58,233 nucleotides of DNA. Source: Terriglobia bacterium (lineage in GTDB: Bacteria; Acidobacteriota; Terriglobia; 20CM-2-55-15). This document shows, in pieces, positions 46,419-56,425 of the stretch. The position numbers were made by a program, and so were the translations under genes. The DNA is taken from positions 1 through 58,233 of the forward strand of contig DASUFH010000292.1 in the NCBI GenBank assembly GCA_036274645.1, written 5' to 3'. The notes beneath the pieces were generated by a model, which saw only the letters and a list, made by a program, of their open reading frames with translations, searched no databases and was not told the DNA's origin. How positions within the stretch are numbered: position 1 is the stretch's first letter; every line of letters starts with the position of its first letter.

Positions 46419-47633
46419 CTATGTGTCCAGGCGTGACTGCGGCGCCGGAGGCTGACGGTATAGCCATAGGGCGATCGTGGCCGCCAGGAGCGCTGTGGCT
46501 GCAAAATCGAATCCCATGGCCTGCATGGAGCGCTGAGCCCATGAGCCCGGGATGAGGGGTTGGACCAGCGCGAAGCCTCCGGCCGCGTACAGCGGCGCTC
46601 TCCATTTTCCCTGAAGAATGCGTCCGGCGACGATGGCCGGCCAGAGCAGTACGACCAGCGCGTATTTTTGCGTGAAAGGTTGAACGAGCGGCAACAGCGC
46701 GAACGCCAGTCCGTCGACGATCTCGATTCTGCCACGATAGCGGCGGTAAATGAGGATCAGCAATCCAGCGTAGGCTGCTGCGCCTGCGGCGACCGCCAGC
46801 GCGCGGATCAGCGCCGGATCGAGTTCCGCGATGTGTACAAGCGGATAGTTGCCGTCCGGGAGCCGCGAATAGTCGATGAACGTGAGATAGCGCATCATCA
46901 CGCCACGGAGCGACTGGCTCGGAAACCAGATCTCGCTGTCGCCTGTCTGCGTCGTGAACTCCTGCCGGAACCACTCGCTCAGAAGGTCGAGATTCCTCTG
47001 AAACCCGAATGAAATGGCCGGCAACAGCGCGAATGCGGCCGTAAACGCCACGGCCCACAGCGCCGTGCGATGGCGGCGCCGCGCCACCAGGCAGGGCAGG
47101 AAAAACAAGGGCCACACCTTCAGATTGATGGCGAGACCCAGCGCGGCGGCCGGCCACAGAGTGGTTCCGTCAGCGCGGAGCAGGGCGTACGCGGTGAGCG
47201 CAAACACGAGCGACTGCGCGTTGCCGAAGCGGAGATCCTCAACCACGTATGGACCGGCGATCAGGAGAGGCGCCCACCACGCCCACGCTCCTTCGGGCGG
47301 CGCAAACTTCCGCCACAATGCCCGCGTGAGCAGCGCGAGCGCCGCCACCTTGAGAACCGCCCAGAGGGCGGCGCCCCAGGGCAGCGGAAGAGCGGCGATG
47401 GGGGCGAACAGGGGAAGAAAGAGCGGAGGATATCGATAATGCTGGGGCCAGCCCAGTCCACTCGTCACCCCGTACACCGCGCCACCGCCGAACACGCGGC
47501 GCGCGCCGTAATGGTACACGCGAAAATCCAGCGGATGGCCCGCCGCGTATAAGGCAAAACCGGCTGCGATTATCCCCAGGCCGACAACCACCCCGATCCG
47601 GATCCGCGTCCGCTGTGGCAAAACAGTCGTCAT
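46419..47633 (-). CDS. GT87/DUF2029-like polytopic glycosyltransferase
   Basis: The longest ORF starts at GTG 47720. I prefer ATG 47633 (MTTVLPQRTRIRIG...), because the 29-aa extension is Arg-rich and overlaps a small lipoprotein ORF. DFRVYHYGARRVFGGGAVYG is typical of the family. Confidence 0.7.
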   Translation of the reverse strand: MTTVLPQRTRIRIGVVVGLGIIAAGFALYAAGHPLDFRVYHYGARRVFGGGAVYGVTSGLGWPQHYRYPPLFLPLFAPIAALPLPWGAALWAVLKVAALALLTRALWRKFAPPEGAWAWWAPLLIAGPYVVEDLRFGNAQSLVFALTAYALLRADGTTLWPAAALGLAINLKVWPLFFLPCLVARRRHRTALWAVAFTAAFALLPAISFGFQRNLDLLSEWFRQEFTTQTGDSEIWFPSQSLRGVMMRYLTFIDYSRLPDGNYPLVHIAELDPALIRALAVAAGAAAYAGLLILIYRRYRGRIEIVDGLAFALLPLVQPFTQKYALVVLLWPAIVAGRILQGKWRAPLYAAGGFALVQPLIPGSWAQRSMQAMGFDFAATALLAATIALWLYRQPPAPQSRLDT

Positions 47634-47644
47634 GAAACCGGCTG

Positions 47645-47776
47645 CTACTGATCGGTCGTGTAGATGTGCGCGTGACCTGCGGCCACGCCGGCCGCGTTCG
47701 GCGGGGGAATCTGGGCCCACGGACTACAGCCGATGGCGAGCGCGCCGGCGGGCAGCGCAAGCGACGGTAATTTCAT
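47645..47776 (-). CDS. candidate 43-aa lipoprotein upstream of the GT87 gene
   Basis: MKLPSLALPAGALAIGCSPWAQIPPPNAAGVAAGHAHIYTTDQ has a lipobox AIGC. The stop is 11 nt before ATG 47633. Confidence 0.35.
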   Translation of the reverse strand: MKLPSLALPAGALAIGCSPWAQIPPPNAAGVAAGHAHIYTTDQ

Positions 47777-47880
47777 TCGGTTTAAGACCCCCATCATTAA
47801 TGAGCTCAAGACCGGTGGAGAATATGGGAACCGGGTGGCAATGGCAAGGAACGTGTCGAGTCCGCGCCTTGCCCCGTCTT

Positions 47881-47901
47881 TGTAGGGGCGGTCTATGACC
47901 G
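47881..47901. repeat. REP-like element copy 2 (tgtaggggcggtctatgaccg)
   Basis: Identical to 21272..21292. This copy forms the hairpin GGGCGGTC-tat-GACCGCCC. Confidence 0.7.
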
Positions 47902-48041
47902 CCCACGATGTTTCGAAATGCGCTGAGTAGTGAAATGGTGCATGTGCCGAGGTCCGTGACCACTGTGGCAGTGTAGAAGCAGCGCTTGGCCTCCAGGTGT
48001 CGGTGGTTCTATTCTCGAACGGTTTCAAGGGGAGGGAATCC

Positions 48042-48800
48042 ATGCTTAAGAGAAGCGCGTTTACGGCAATCGTCCTGGCGATCCTCTGGTGTCCGGTGTG
48101 GGCGCAAACGCCGGGATCTACCGGGGTGATCGAGGGGAAAATCCTTGGTGGCGATCATCACCCTCTGGAAGGCATTCGCGTTCGCGCTGCCGGTCTGGTG
48201 GCGGGTCAGCAGGTCATGAGCGGCATTTCCACAACCGACGAGACCGGAGCCTACCGCATTACCGGGGTGCCCGCAGGCGAATGGGCCGTGATTGCCGGCG
48301 AGCTGAACACGCCTACGTATTACCCCGGCGTGAACACGGCGACTGACGGAGCGCTGGTGAGGGTTTCCTGGGACAAGCCGGCGACCGGAATCGATTTTGC
48401 GCTGGCTCCCGCAGCGGACACGGATTCGGGAATGCCCACATTGCATGGGACTCACGACTGTTCGAGCACGCTGGAGGTTCGTTGCGAGAACCTGCGCGGC
48501 GCCGTCGTCTATCCGGCGAACCGGCCGGCCGAGCTGGGGGCGAGGGCGAAACTGTCCGGGAAAATCACGGATCGGAGCGGGCGTCCCGTCAGTGGAGCGC
48601 AGGTGACTGCGGCCTCCCGGCAAGGTTTTTCAGAGGTCCTGTTTATGAACTCCACAGACGCGCAAGGGGAGTACTCGTTTGCCAGTCTCCCTCCGGGAAA
48701 CTATTCTATTCGCACAATGATCGAAGGGCGTTCCTTGATCATCACAAGGGAACTGTCTGCTGGAGGGAATACGGCGGATATCCACGACAATACGCGATAG
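48042..48800 (+). CDS. secreted carboxypeptidase-regulatory-like domain protein
   Basis: Trimmed to ATG 48042 (GGAGGG upstream). Signal peptide, then two repeats of the pattern G.I.G.... G.P..GA.V (GVIEGKILGGDHHPLEGIRV; LSGKITDRSGRPVSGAQVTA). Confidence 0.7.
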   Translation: MLKRSAFTAIVLAILWCPVWAQTPGSTGVIEGKILGGDHHPLEGIRVRAAGLVAGQQVMSGISTTDETGAYRITGVPAGEWAVIAGELNTPTYYPGVNTATDGALVRVSWDKPATGIDFALAPAADTDSGMPTLHGTHDCSSTLEVRCENLRGAVVYPANRPAELGARAKLSGKITDRSGRPVSGAQVTAASRQGFSEVLFMNSTDAQGEYSFASLPPGNYSIRTMIEGRSLIITRELSAGGNTADIHDNTR

Positions 48801-48835
48801 GACGTCGCAGGGAACCAGGCGGGAATTTGTGGGTT

Positions 48836-48866
48836 GAGCGCGGATTTACCCGCGCTCTTATTGCTT
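48836..48866 (+). terminator. hairpin between convergent genes (weak T run)
   Basis: GAGCGCGG-atttac-CCGCGCTC followed by TTATTGCTT. It abuts the nuoN stop. Confidence 0.4.
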
Positions 48867-50322
48867 ACTGCAGGCTGATGGCGCGGTACGCGAGTTCGAT
48901 AATCGGTCCGGGATAGAGCCCGACGCCCAGCGTGAACACGAACGCCGCGGCAAGCGTGATCCGGACCCCGGCTGAAAGGTCCATCCCCGTGGTCTCCGTC
49001 GCGTTGTTCATGAACATGGCGACTACGATCCGCAAATAGTAGAACGCGGAGATTGCCGCATTGATGACCGCGATGACGGCCAGCACGTTGTGATGGCTTT
49101 GCACTGCCGCCGCAAAAAGATAGTACTTGGCGATGAATCCGGCCGTGGGCGGTATTCCCGCAAGCGACAGCAGGAAGATCAGCATCAGAATGGCCGATGC
49201 CGGATGACGGAAGAACAAGCCGTTCATGTCGTCAATCCGCTCGCCCAGAATGTTCTTGCGGCGTAGCGCCACCACGACGGCCCAGACGCCCAGATTCGTG
49301 AACGTATAGACCAGCAGATAGAGGGGGACGGCGGCCATTCCCATCCGGCTGAACGATGTTTCATTACCGGCGATAAATCCGATGAGGACGTACCCGGCAT
49401 GTGAAATCGACGAGTAGGCGAGTAACCGTTTGACGTTCGTCTGAGCGATGGCGGCAATGTTGCCCAGCGTCATCGTCAGGATGCAGGCGACGGTCAGGAT
49501 CGGAATCCAGTATGGCCGCATCGGCCCAATGATGAAGAACAGCACGCGCCAGATCATGACGAAGGAGGCGGCTTTCACGGCCACGGACATGAATCCCGTC
49601 ACGGATGTCGGAGCGCCTTCATAGGCGTCGGGGGTCCATTGATGGAAGGGGACAGCGGCAATCTTGAAGAAGAGTCCCGCAACCACGGCAACGACGGCGA
49701 TCAGCAGGATGGGGTTGTCGGGTGGAGCGCTACCCAGGAAGTTACCGATTTCGAGAAACCGGGTCGAGCCGGAAAAGCCATACAGCAATGAAAACCCATA
49801 GAGCAGAATGGCCGAAGAGAAGGCGCCCAGCAGGAAATATTTGAGCGACGCTTCATTGGAGCGCTGGTTGCCGCGCAGAAACCCGACCAGGATGTACGTG
49901 GCGATTGCCATCGTTTCCAGACCGATATAGAGCGTTACGAGATCCATGGCGCTGGCCATGAACATCATGCCCATCGTGGCAAACAGGATTAACGAGTAGA
50001 ACTCTCCGTGGTGTTCCCGTTCCACTTCCAGGTATCGCATCGACAACAGGATCGTTATGGCCGCTGCCACGAGAAACAGCAGTTTGAAAAACCACGCCAG
50101 TGAGTCCACCACAATGGCGCCGCCGTAGGCCAGGGTGGCTTCCCGTCCGAAAAGTTTGTAGAGGGAAAAGGCTGAACCGCCAATGCCGATAAGGGCAAAC
50201 CAGCCGATTGTTTTCTTCTCCGGAATGACGAGATCGGCAATCAGCAACAGCATTCCGAAGAACGCCAGTTCCAGTTCGGGAATGATGACCTGAAGGTCCT
50301 GCAGCTGGAAGAATTGTCCCAT
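48865..50322 (-). CDS. nuoN: NADH-quinone oxidoreductase subunit N
   Basis: 485 aa polytopic antiporter-like subunit, last gene of the nuo cluster. Confidence 0.9.
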   Translation of the reverse strand: MGQFFQLQDLQVIIPELELAFFGMLLLIADLVIPEKKTIGWFALIGIGGSAFSLYKLFGREATLAYGGAIVVDSLAWFFKLLFLVAAAITILLSMRYLEVEREHHGEFYSLILFATMGMMFMASAMDLVTLYIGLETMAIATYILVGFLRGNQRSNEASLKYFLLGAFSSAILLYGFSLLYGFSGSTRFLEIGNFLGSAPPDNPILLIAVVAVVAGLFFKIAAVPFHQWTPDAYEGAPTSVTGFMSVAVKAASFVMIWRVLFFIIGPMRPYWIPILTVACILTMTLGNIAAIAQTNVKRLLAYSSISHAGYVLIGFIAGNETSFSRMGMAAVPLYLLVYTFTNLGVWAVVVALRRKNILGERIDDMNGLFFRHPASAILMLIFLLSLAGIPPTAGFIAKYYLFAAAVQSHHNVLAVIAVINAAISAFYYLRIVVAMFMNNATETTGMDLSAGVRITLAAAFVFTLGVGLYPGPIIELAYRAISLQ

Positions 50323-51891
50323 TTAGCGCCTGTCTTCCTGTGCGTGCATGTCGGGCGCGCTCTTGTGCAAGGTTTCGACGAGCCGGCTCACCGGCGCGTT
50401 CAGGCGGTCAAAAAACGGTTTCGGGTAAAGGCCGATCCAGAACGCCATGATGATGAGGGGAACCAGCGTGGCCATTTCCCGCCAGTTCATGTCGAGCAGG
50501 TTCTGGTTCGCCGGATTGTCGAGCTTTCCGAACATCGTGCGCTGATAGAGCCAGAGCATGTAGGCGGCGCCGAGCACGATGCCGGCGCCGGCGGCCACGG
50601 CCCACCAGAGATTGGCTTCCAGCGCGCCCAAAACAATCGGGAACTCGCCGATGAAGCCGTTGAGGATCGGCAGTCCGATCGATGACATGGTCATGATCAG
50701 GAAAACGATGGCGTACTTCGGCATGACACTGGAAAGCCCGCCAAGCTGCGCGATCTCTCGCGTATGGCGGCGTTCATAGATGATGCCGACGATCAGGAAG
50801 AGCGCTCCCGTGGAGATACCGTGGTTGATCTGCTGGATGATGCTGCCGTTCAGTCCGTTCGGGTTCAGCGCAAACATGCCCAGCATGACGAAACCCATGT
50901 GGCTGACCGACGAATAGGCGACAAGCTTCTTCATGTCCGGCTGCATCATCGCGACCAGCGCGCCGTAGATGATGGCGACGATCGACAGGCCGACCATCAG
51001 CGGGACAAATGCATGAGTGCCCGAAGGCAGAATCGGGAGACTGAAACGGAGGAAGCCGTAGGAGCCCATCTTCAGGAGAACTGCGGCCAGGATGACGGAC
51101 CCGGCGGTCGGCGCTTCCACGTGAGCGTCGGGCAGCCAGGTATGGAACGGGAACATGGGAACCTTGATGGCGAATCCGACGAAAAACGCGAGAAACACCC
51201 ACCACTGGAGATTCGCATCCAGGAACGGCCCCATCGCCTGGAACGCGAGAATATTGAATGTGGGCGCGGCGCCGAACTGCGCGGCAATTTCCGGGTGGGT
51301 CGATGCAATCTGCGGATACTGAAAATACAGGGTGATGATTCCCAGCAGCAGCAGGACGGATCCGGCCAGCGTATAGAGGAAGAACTTGATGGCCGCGTAA
51401 AGCTTGCGCGGTCCTCCCCAGACACCGATCAGGAAATACATCGGCACGAGCATGACTTCCCAGAAGACGTAAAACATGAAGAAGTCGAGCGACATGAAGA
51501 CGCCGATCATGCCCGTCTGCAGCATCAGCATGAACGCGTAGTATTCCTTCGTTCGTTCCGTAATCGCGTCCCAGGAGGACAGCACGGCCAGCGGCCCGAT
51601 CAGCGTGGTGAGCATGATCAGGAGCAGGGAAATGCCGTCGATGCCGACGTGGTAATGGGCGCCGAGCGCCGGTATCCAGACCGCGTCTTCGACAAACTGC
51701 ATCTCACCGGCTTTGCTGACATCAAACTGGAACCAGAGCGGCAGTGAGATCAGAAATCCGATCAGCACCACGATATTGGCCCACCACCGGATGGCGTTCT
51801 TGCTTTCCTTGGGGATCAGCAGAAGCGCGAACATGCCGACGAGCGGCCAGAACGCGATGATGGTCAGAATATGGGCGTTAAAGAAATCCAT
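50323..51891 (-). CDS. nuoM: NADH-quinone oxidoreductase subunit M
   Basis: 522 aa antiporter-like subunit: WLPDAHVEAPTAGSVILA. Confidence 0.92.
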   Translation of the reverse strand: MDFFNAHILTIIAFWPLVGMFALLLIPKESKNAIRWWANIVVLIGFLISLPLWFQFDVSKAGEMQFVEDAVWIPALGAHYHVGIDGISLLLIMLTTLIGPLAVLSSWDAITERTKEYYAFMLMLQTGMIGVFMSLDFFMFYVFWEVMLVPMYFLIGVWGGPRKLYAAIKFFLYTLAGSVLLLLGIITLYFQYPQIASTHPEIAAQFGAAPTFNILAFQAMGPFLDANLQWWVFLAFFVGFAIKVPMFPFHTWLPDAHVEAPTAGSVILAAVLLKMGSYGFLRFSLPILPSGTHAFVPLMVGLSIVAIIYGALVAMMQPDMKKLVAYSSVSHMGFVMLGMFALNPNGLNGSIIQQINHGISTGALFLIVGIIYERRHTREIAQLGGLSSVMPKYAIVFLIMTMSSIGLPILNGFIGEFPIVLGALEANLWWAVAAGAGIVLGAAYMLWLYQRTMFGKLDNPANQNLLDMNWREMATLVPLIIMAFWIGLYPKPFFDRLNAPVSRLVETLHKSAPDMHAQEDRR

Positions 51892-51950
51892 TTAAGACTC
51901 CAGAGTTCGTAACAGGGTGGCCGGATCCATGCGGTTCAACCGGACCGGGT

Positions 51951-54029
51951 TCATGGATGCCCCCACAACACGTAGCCGACCAGGGCCAGGACGCCGAGGA
52001 TCATGATGAGGGCGTAGTTCTGCGTATATCCGGTCTGGATGAAGCTGACCGGCACGCTCGCCACCTTGATCAGTCCGGCGACAGCGCGAACGAGTCCGTC
52101 GACGATCCAGCGGTCCCACCAGCTGGAACCGCGCGCGCCGTCCTTTGTTCCGACGGCGGTTCCATTGACGGCGCCGTCCACAATGCGGGCGTCGAAGCGC
52201 CACAGGAACCGGCCGAAGTCCTTCGCCCGGTTCACGAACAACGCGTCGTACAGTTCGTCGATGTACCACTTGTTCAGCAGAGCCTGGTACAGTCCGCCCA
52301 CGCTCGCCGCCACGCGGTCGGCGCGATCGCTTTTGCGGTAGTACGTCGAGTAAGCGAGATAGATGCCGATCAGGGCGATGGCGACCGATACGGCGGCCAT
52401 TCCCACCTCGAGACCCACACCGTGATGCTCGGCCGCCGCTTCGGCAAGACCGGGAAGCGGTTCAAAGACAGGCTCCAGCCAGCGGTCGAAAAAGCTGGGG
52501 CCTTCGCCGCCTCCCATCTCCAACAGCCACTTGGGCAATCCGATCCATCCGGCAACGATCGAGCCGGCGGCGAGAACCATCAGCGGGATCGTCATGGCTT
52601 TGGGCGATTCGTGGATGTGATGTTCGGTGTGATGGTCCACACGCGATTCGCCGAAGAATGTCAGGAAAATCAGGCGGAACATGTAGAACGCCGTCATCCC
52701 CGCCGCCAGGGCGCCGACGGCCCAGAGCAGGATGTGACCGTGCGGGCTCGAGAACGCGCGCCACAGGATCTCGTCCTTGGAGAAGAAGCCGGCCAGGCCC
52801 GGAATGCCGGCGATGGCCAGCGTGCCGATGAACATCGTCCAGAACGTGATCGGAATCTTGTTCTTGAGCGCGCCCATGCGGCGCATGTCCTGTTCATGAT
52901 GGAGCGCGTGAATCACGCTGCCCGAACCGAGGAAGAGCAGGGCCTTGAAGAACGCGTGCGTCATCAGGTGGAAGACACCCGCGGTGAACGCGCCCACGCC
53001 GAGGGCGAGGAACATGTATCCCAGCTGGCTCACGGTCGAATATGCGAGCACCCGTTTGATGTCGTTCTGGACGATGCCGATGCTGGCCGCAAAGATGGCC
53101 GTCAACGCGCCAACCACGGCGACCACAGCCATCGCCTGCGGCGCGGCCTGGAAGATCCAGTTGCTGCGCGCCACCATGTAGACACCCGCCGTCACCATCG
53201 TCGCCGCGTGGATGAGCGCGCTGACGGGCGTCGGGCCTTCCATGGCGTCCGGCAGCCAGACATAAAGCGGAATCTGCGCGGACTTTCCGGTGGCGCCGAC
53301 GAACAGCGCCAGCGCTATCGACACGAAGACCATGTCGCCGATATGGAACCGTCCCATCGCGAGGCTTTCGCGAACCGCCTCGCCGACCTGCGTGAACTCA
53401 ATGGAGCCGAAGTTGACGAAGATCAGCATGATGCCGATGGACAGGCCCCAGTCGCCGATGCGGTTCACGACGAACGCCTTTTTCGCCGCGTCACCCGCGC
53501 TTTTCTTCAGAAAGTAGTAGCCGATCAGCAGATAGGAGCAGAGTCCGACGCCCTCCCACCCGATAAACATCATCAGGTAGTTGCTGCCGAGAATAAGCGT
53601 CAGCATCGAGAACATGAACAGGTTCAGGTACGCGAAGAACCGGTAGAAGCCGTCCTCTTCCGCCATGTATCCGGTGGAGTAGACGTGAATCAGAAAACCA
53701 ATTCCGGTCACGACCAGCACCATCACGGATGACAACGGATCCAGCAGGAAGCCCCACTGCACATTGAATTCGGCATGGCCTTCCGCGCCCGCCTCGGCGG
53801 CGCCCGCGTTGATCCACTGGTAGACATTCACCGTGTGGGAACGCTCATGCTCGGGCAGCCGGGCCAGTTCGGTAACGGCGCCCAGGGCAAAGACAAAAGA
53901 GACCAGCACCGCGAGACAGGCGATCGTTCCAACGACGGACTTGCGCATGCGCTTGCCGAAGAGGCCGTTGATCACGAAGCCGGCGGCAGGGAACAGCGGG
54001 ATTAACCAGATGAGGTCTAAGAAACTCAT
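51951..54029 (-). CDS. nuoL: NADH-quinone oxidoreductase subunit L
   Basis: 692 aa: WLPDAMEGPTPVSALIHAATMVTAG, plus a long C-terminal amphipathic-arm region. Confidence 0.92.
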   Translation of the reverse strand: MSFLDLIWLIPLFPAAGFVINGLFGKRMRKSVVGTIACLAVLVSFVFALGAVTELARLPEHERSHTVNVYQWINAGAAEAGAEGHAEFNVQWGFLLDPLSSVMVLVVTGIGFLIHVYSTGYMAEEDGFYRFFAYLNLFMFSMLTLILGSNYLMMFIGWEGVGLCSYLLIGYYFLKKSAGDAAKKAFVVNRIGDWGLSIGIMLIFVNFGSIEFTQVGEAVRESLAMGRFHIGDMVFVSIALALFVGATGKSAQIPLYVWLPDAMEGPTPVSALIHAATMVTAGVYMVARSNWIFQAAPQAMAVVAVVGALTAIFAASIGIVQNDIKRVLAYSTVSQLGYMFLALGVGAFTAGVFHLMTHAFFKALLFLGSGSVIHALHHEQDMRRMGALKNKIPITFWTMFIGTLAIAGIPGLAGFFSKDEILWRAFSSPHGHILLWAVGALAAGMTAFYMFRLIFLTFFGESRVDHHTEHHIHESPKAMTIPLMVLAAGSIVAGWIGLPKWLLEMGGGEGPSFFDRWLEPVFEPLPGLAEAAAEHHGVGLEVGMAAVSVAIALIGIYLAYSTYYRKSDRADRVAASVGGLYQALLNKWYIDELYDALFVNRAKDFGRFLWRFDARIVDGAVNGTAVGTKDGARGSSWWDRWIVDGLVRAVAGLIKVASVPVSFIQTGYTQNYALIMILGVLALVGYVLWGHP

Positions 54030-54045
54030 AGTGTGGATAAGGTCG

Positions 54046-54348
54046 CTACCACTTCATCAGATCGAGTTCGTTGACGTTCATCGTTTCCTTGTTCTTGAAC
54101 ATGGCGATGACGATGCCGAGTCCGACCGCCGCCTCGGCGGCGGCTACAGTGATGACAAAGATGGCGAAAACCTGACCGGTGACTTGGTGCAACCGGTCTG
54201 AAAATGCAATCAGGTTGATGTTGACGGCGTTCATCATCAACTCGATCGACATGAGAATGACCATGATGTTGCGGCGGGTCAGCACACCGATCACGCCGAT
54301 CGTGAACAGGGCAGCCGCAAGAATCAGATAGTGGTGGGTGGCAACCAT
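54046..54348 (-). CDS. nuoK: NADH-quinone oxidoreductase subunit K
   Basis: Trimmed from a 180-aa ORF to ATG 54348, giving the typical 100-aa three-TM NuoK (MVATHHYLILAAALFTIGVIGVL...). Confidence 0.9.
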   Translation of the reverse strand: MVATHHYLILAAALFTIGVIGVLTRRNIMVILMSIELMMNAVNINLIAFSDRLHQVTGQVFAIFVITVAAAEAAVGLGIVIAMFKNKETMNVNELDLMKW

Positions 54349-54350
54349 GG

Positions 54351-54878
54351 CTATTCCTCCACCTCCGTCTTTCGTTTGGCAAGGGCCACCGCTCCGACAA
54401 TCGCCACGAGCAGCAGGATCGACGCGATTTCGAACGGCAGCAGATAGTTCTGATACAGCGCTTCCCCGACGCGCTGGGAATTCTGGCTCAGATTGAAGCC
54501 GGCCGCGGCCGTTTCCCCGGGGATGGGGGGGAATGTGTCCTTGCCCTTGTAGAGACCGTAGGCCAGTTCGACGATCAGGATCGCGCAAGTGACGAGCGCG
54601 ATGCGGCCCTGGCGGTGAAACTGCCGCTCCGTCAAAGAGCGTTCGAGCGCGATCAGCATGATGACGAACACGAACAACACCAGGATGCCGCCGACATACA
54701 CGATCACCTGAACGCCGGCCAGAAATTCGGCGTGCAGCGTCAGGAAGATTCCCGCCACGGCGAGCAGCGTTCCGGCCAGTGAAACCGCGGAGTGGACGAC
54801 GTTGCGCTGCGTGATCACCAGGACAGCGGAGACCACCGCGATGACCGCGAAGATATAAAAGAGGATCAGCTCAAGCAT
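54351..54878 (-). CDS. nuoJ: NADH-quinone oxidoreductase subunit J
   Basis: 175 aa, position and TM pattern: MLELILFYIFAVIAVVSAVLVITQRNVVHSA. Confidence 0.88.
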   Translation of the reverse strand: MLELILFYIFAVIAVVSAVLVITQRNVVHSAVSLAGTLLAVAGIFLTLHAEFLAGVQVIVYVGGILVLFVFVIMLIALERSLTERQFHRQGRIALVTCAILIVELAYGLYKGKDTFPPIPGETAAAGFNLSQNSQRVGEALYQNYLLPFEIASILLLVAIVGAVALAKRKTEVEE

Positions 54879-54881
54879 GCG

Positions 54882-55352
54882 TTACTTCGTGTAAACGAGC
54901 GGCTGGACGCCTTGCTCGAGTGTCTGGCGGTCGAGCTTCATGTCCCGGCGGCCATAGAGACTGAGTTCAAATTCCTGTGTCAACTCCAGGCATGGCGTCG
55001 GACAGGCGTCCTCGCACAATCCGCAGAACATGCATCGGGACATGTCGAAAATGTAGGTGGTCAGCGCCTTCTTGCCGGCCTTATCGCGCTCCCAGCCCAC
55101 TTCAATGCAATGCTCGGGGCAGGCCAGGGCGCAGAGGTTGCAGGCAATGCAGAGCGTTTCCCCCGTTACCGGGTCGTTGTTCAGGCGTGGCGCGCCGCGG
55201 AAGCGTTCGGCCACTTTCGGCCGCTCCTTCGGATACTGCTCGGTATAGTTGGCCGACGGCTTCTGATAGGAAAACGTCAGCAGCAGGCCTTTGATCAGAT
55301 CGACCAGAAAGATCTTTTTCAGAAGGCTCAGATCAGGCCGTTTGACCTTCAT
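54882..55352 (-). CDS. nuoI: NADH-quinone oxidoreductase subunit I (2 x 4Fe-4S)
   Basis: 156 aa with CIACNLCALACP and CMFCGLCEDACP. Confidence 0.93.
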   Translation of the reverse strand: MKVKRPDLSLLKKIFLVDLIKGLLLTFSYQKPSANYTEQYPKERPKVAERFRGAPRLNNDPVTGETLCIACNLCALACPEHCIEVGWERDKAGKKALTTYIFDMSRCMFCGLCEDACPTPCLELTQEFELSLYGRRDMKLDRQTLEQGVQPLVYTK

Positions 55353-56416
55353 GCGATGACTCCCATCCTTTCCAGAAGCAGGATCACGATGGCCGTGATG
55401 ATCACGTTCCCGATGGCGATGGGCATCAGGTAGCGCCAGCCGACCTGCATCAGCTGATCATAGCGGTAGCGGGGCCAGCTCGCCCGGAACCAGAGGTACA
55501 TGTAGAGAAAGATCAGTACCTTGAGCGAGAACCAGAAGACGCCGGAGAGCGCGGCCAGCACGGGCGGCAACTGGTCCCAGATGAAGCCCAGCAAATTGGG
55601 GAACGGCGGCAGCCATCCGCCCCAGAAGAACGTGACCGCCATGGACGAGATGACGATCATGGCGGCGTATTCCGCCAGAAAGAACAGCGAAAAACGGAAG
55701 CCGCTGTATTCGGTGTGAAAACCGGCGACCAGTTCTGATTCCGCTTCCGGCAGATCGAAGGGAGCGCGGTTGTTTTCCGCCACGCCGCAGATGAAGAAGA
55801 GAATGAATCCCAGCGGCTGCAGAAACACGTTCCAGATCCCGGAAGCCTTCTGGCCGTTGACGATGTCCACCAGGCTCAGCGAGCCGGAGATCATCAGGAC
55901 GCCCATGATCGAGAAGCCCAGGGCGACCTCGTAGCTGACCATCTGCGCGGCCGAGCGGAGCGCTCCCAGCAGGGGATATTTGCTGTTCGACGCCCAGCCT
56001 CCCAGGATGATGCCCAGAATGCCAACGGACGAGATCGACAGCACGTACAGGACACCGATATTCAGATCCGTTACGTAAAGGGCGACCTCCTTGCCCAGGA
56101 TCGTGAAGCTGGGCCCGAAGGGAATCACCGCGAACACGATGAACGCCGGGATAAGCGTAATGATCGGCGCCAGCGTGAAGATCCAGCGGTCGGCCTGCGA
56201 AGGCACGATGTCTTCCTTCAGCATGAGCTTGACGCCGTCGGCGATGGGCTGAAGCAGGCCATAAGGCCCGACCCGCATGGGGCCGAGGCGCACCTGCATG
56301 AATGCGATCACCTTCCGTTCCAGGAACGTCAGGTAGGCGATCACCAGTGAAAGCGCCCCGAAGATGACGCCGATCTTGATCAGCGGAATGAGGATGTAAT
56401 CGATTGCAAAATCCAT
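55349..56416 (-). CDS. nuoH: NADH-quinone oxidoreductase subunit H
   Basis: 355 aa: LERKVIAFMQVRLGPMRVGPYGLLQPIADG and PFDLPEAESELVAGFHTEYSG. Confidence 0.95.
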   Translation of the reverse strand: MDFAIDYILIPLIKIGVIFGALSLVIAYLTFLERKVIAFMQVRLGPMRVGPYGLLQPIADGVKLMLKEDIVPSQADRWIFTLAPIITLIPAFIVFAVIPFGPSFTILGKEVALYVTDLNIGVLYVLSISSVGILGIILGGWASNSKYPLLGALRSAAQMVSYEVALGFSIMGVLMISGSLSLVDIVNGQKASGIWNVFLQPLGFILFFICGVAENNRAPFDLPEAESELVAGFHTEYSGFRFSLFFLAEYAAMIVISSMAVTFFWGGWLPPFPNLLGFIWDQLPPVLAALSGVFWFSLKVLIFLYMYLWFRASWPRYRYDQLMQVGWRYLMPIAIGNVIITAIVILLLERMGVIA

Positions 56417-56425
56417 TCTAAAAAC

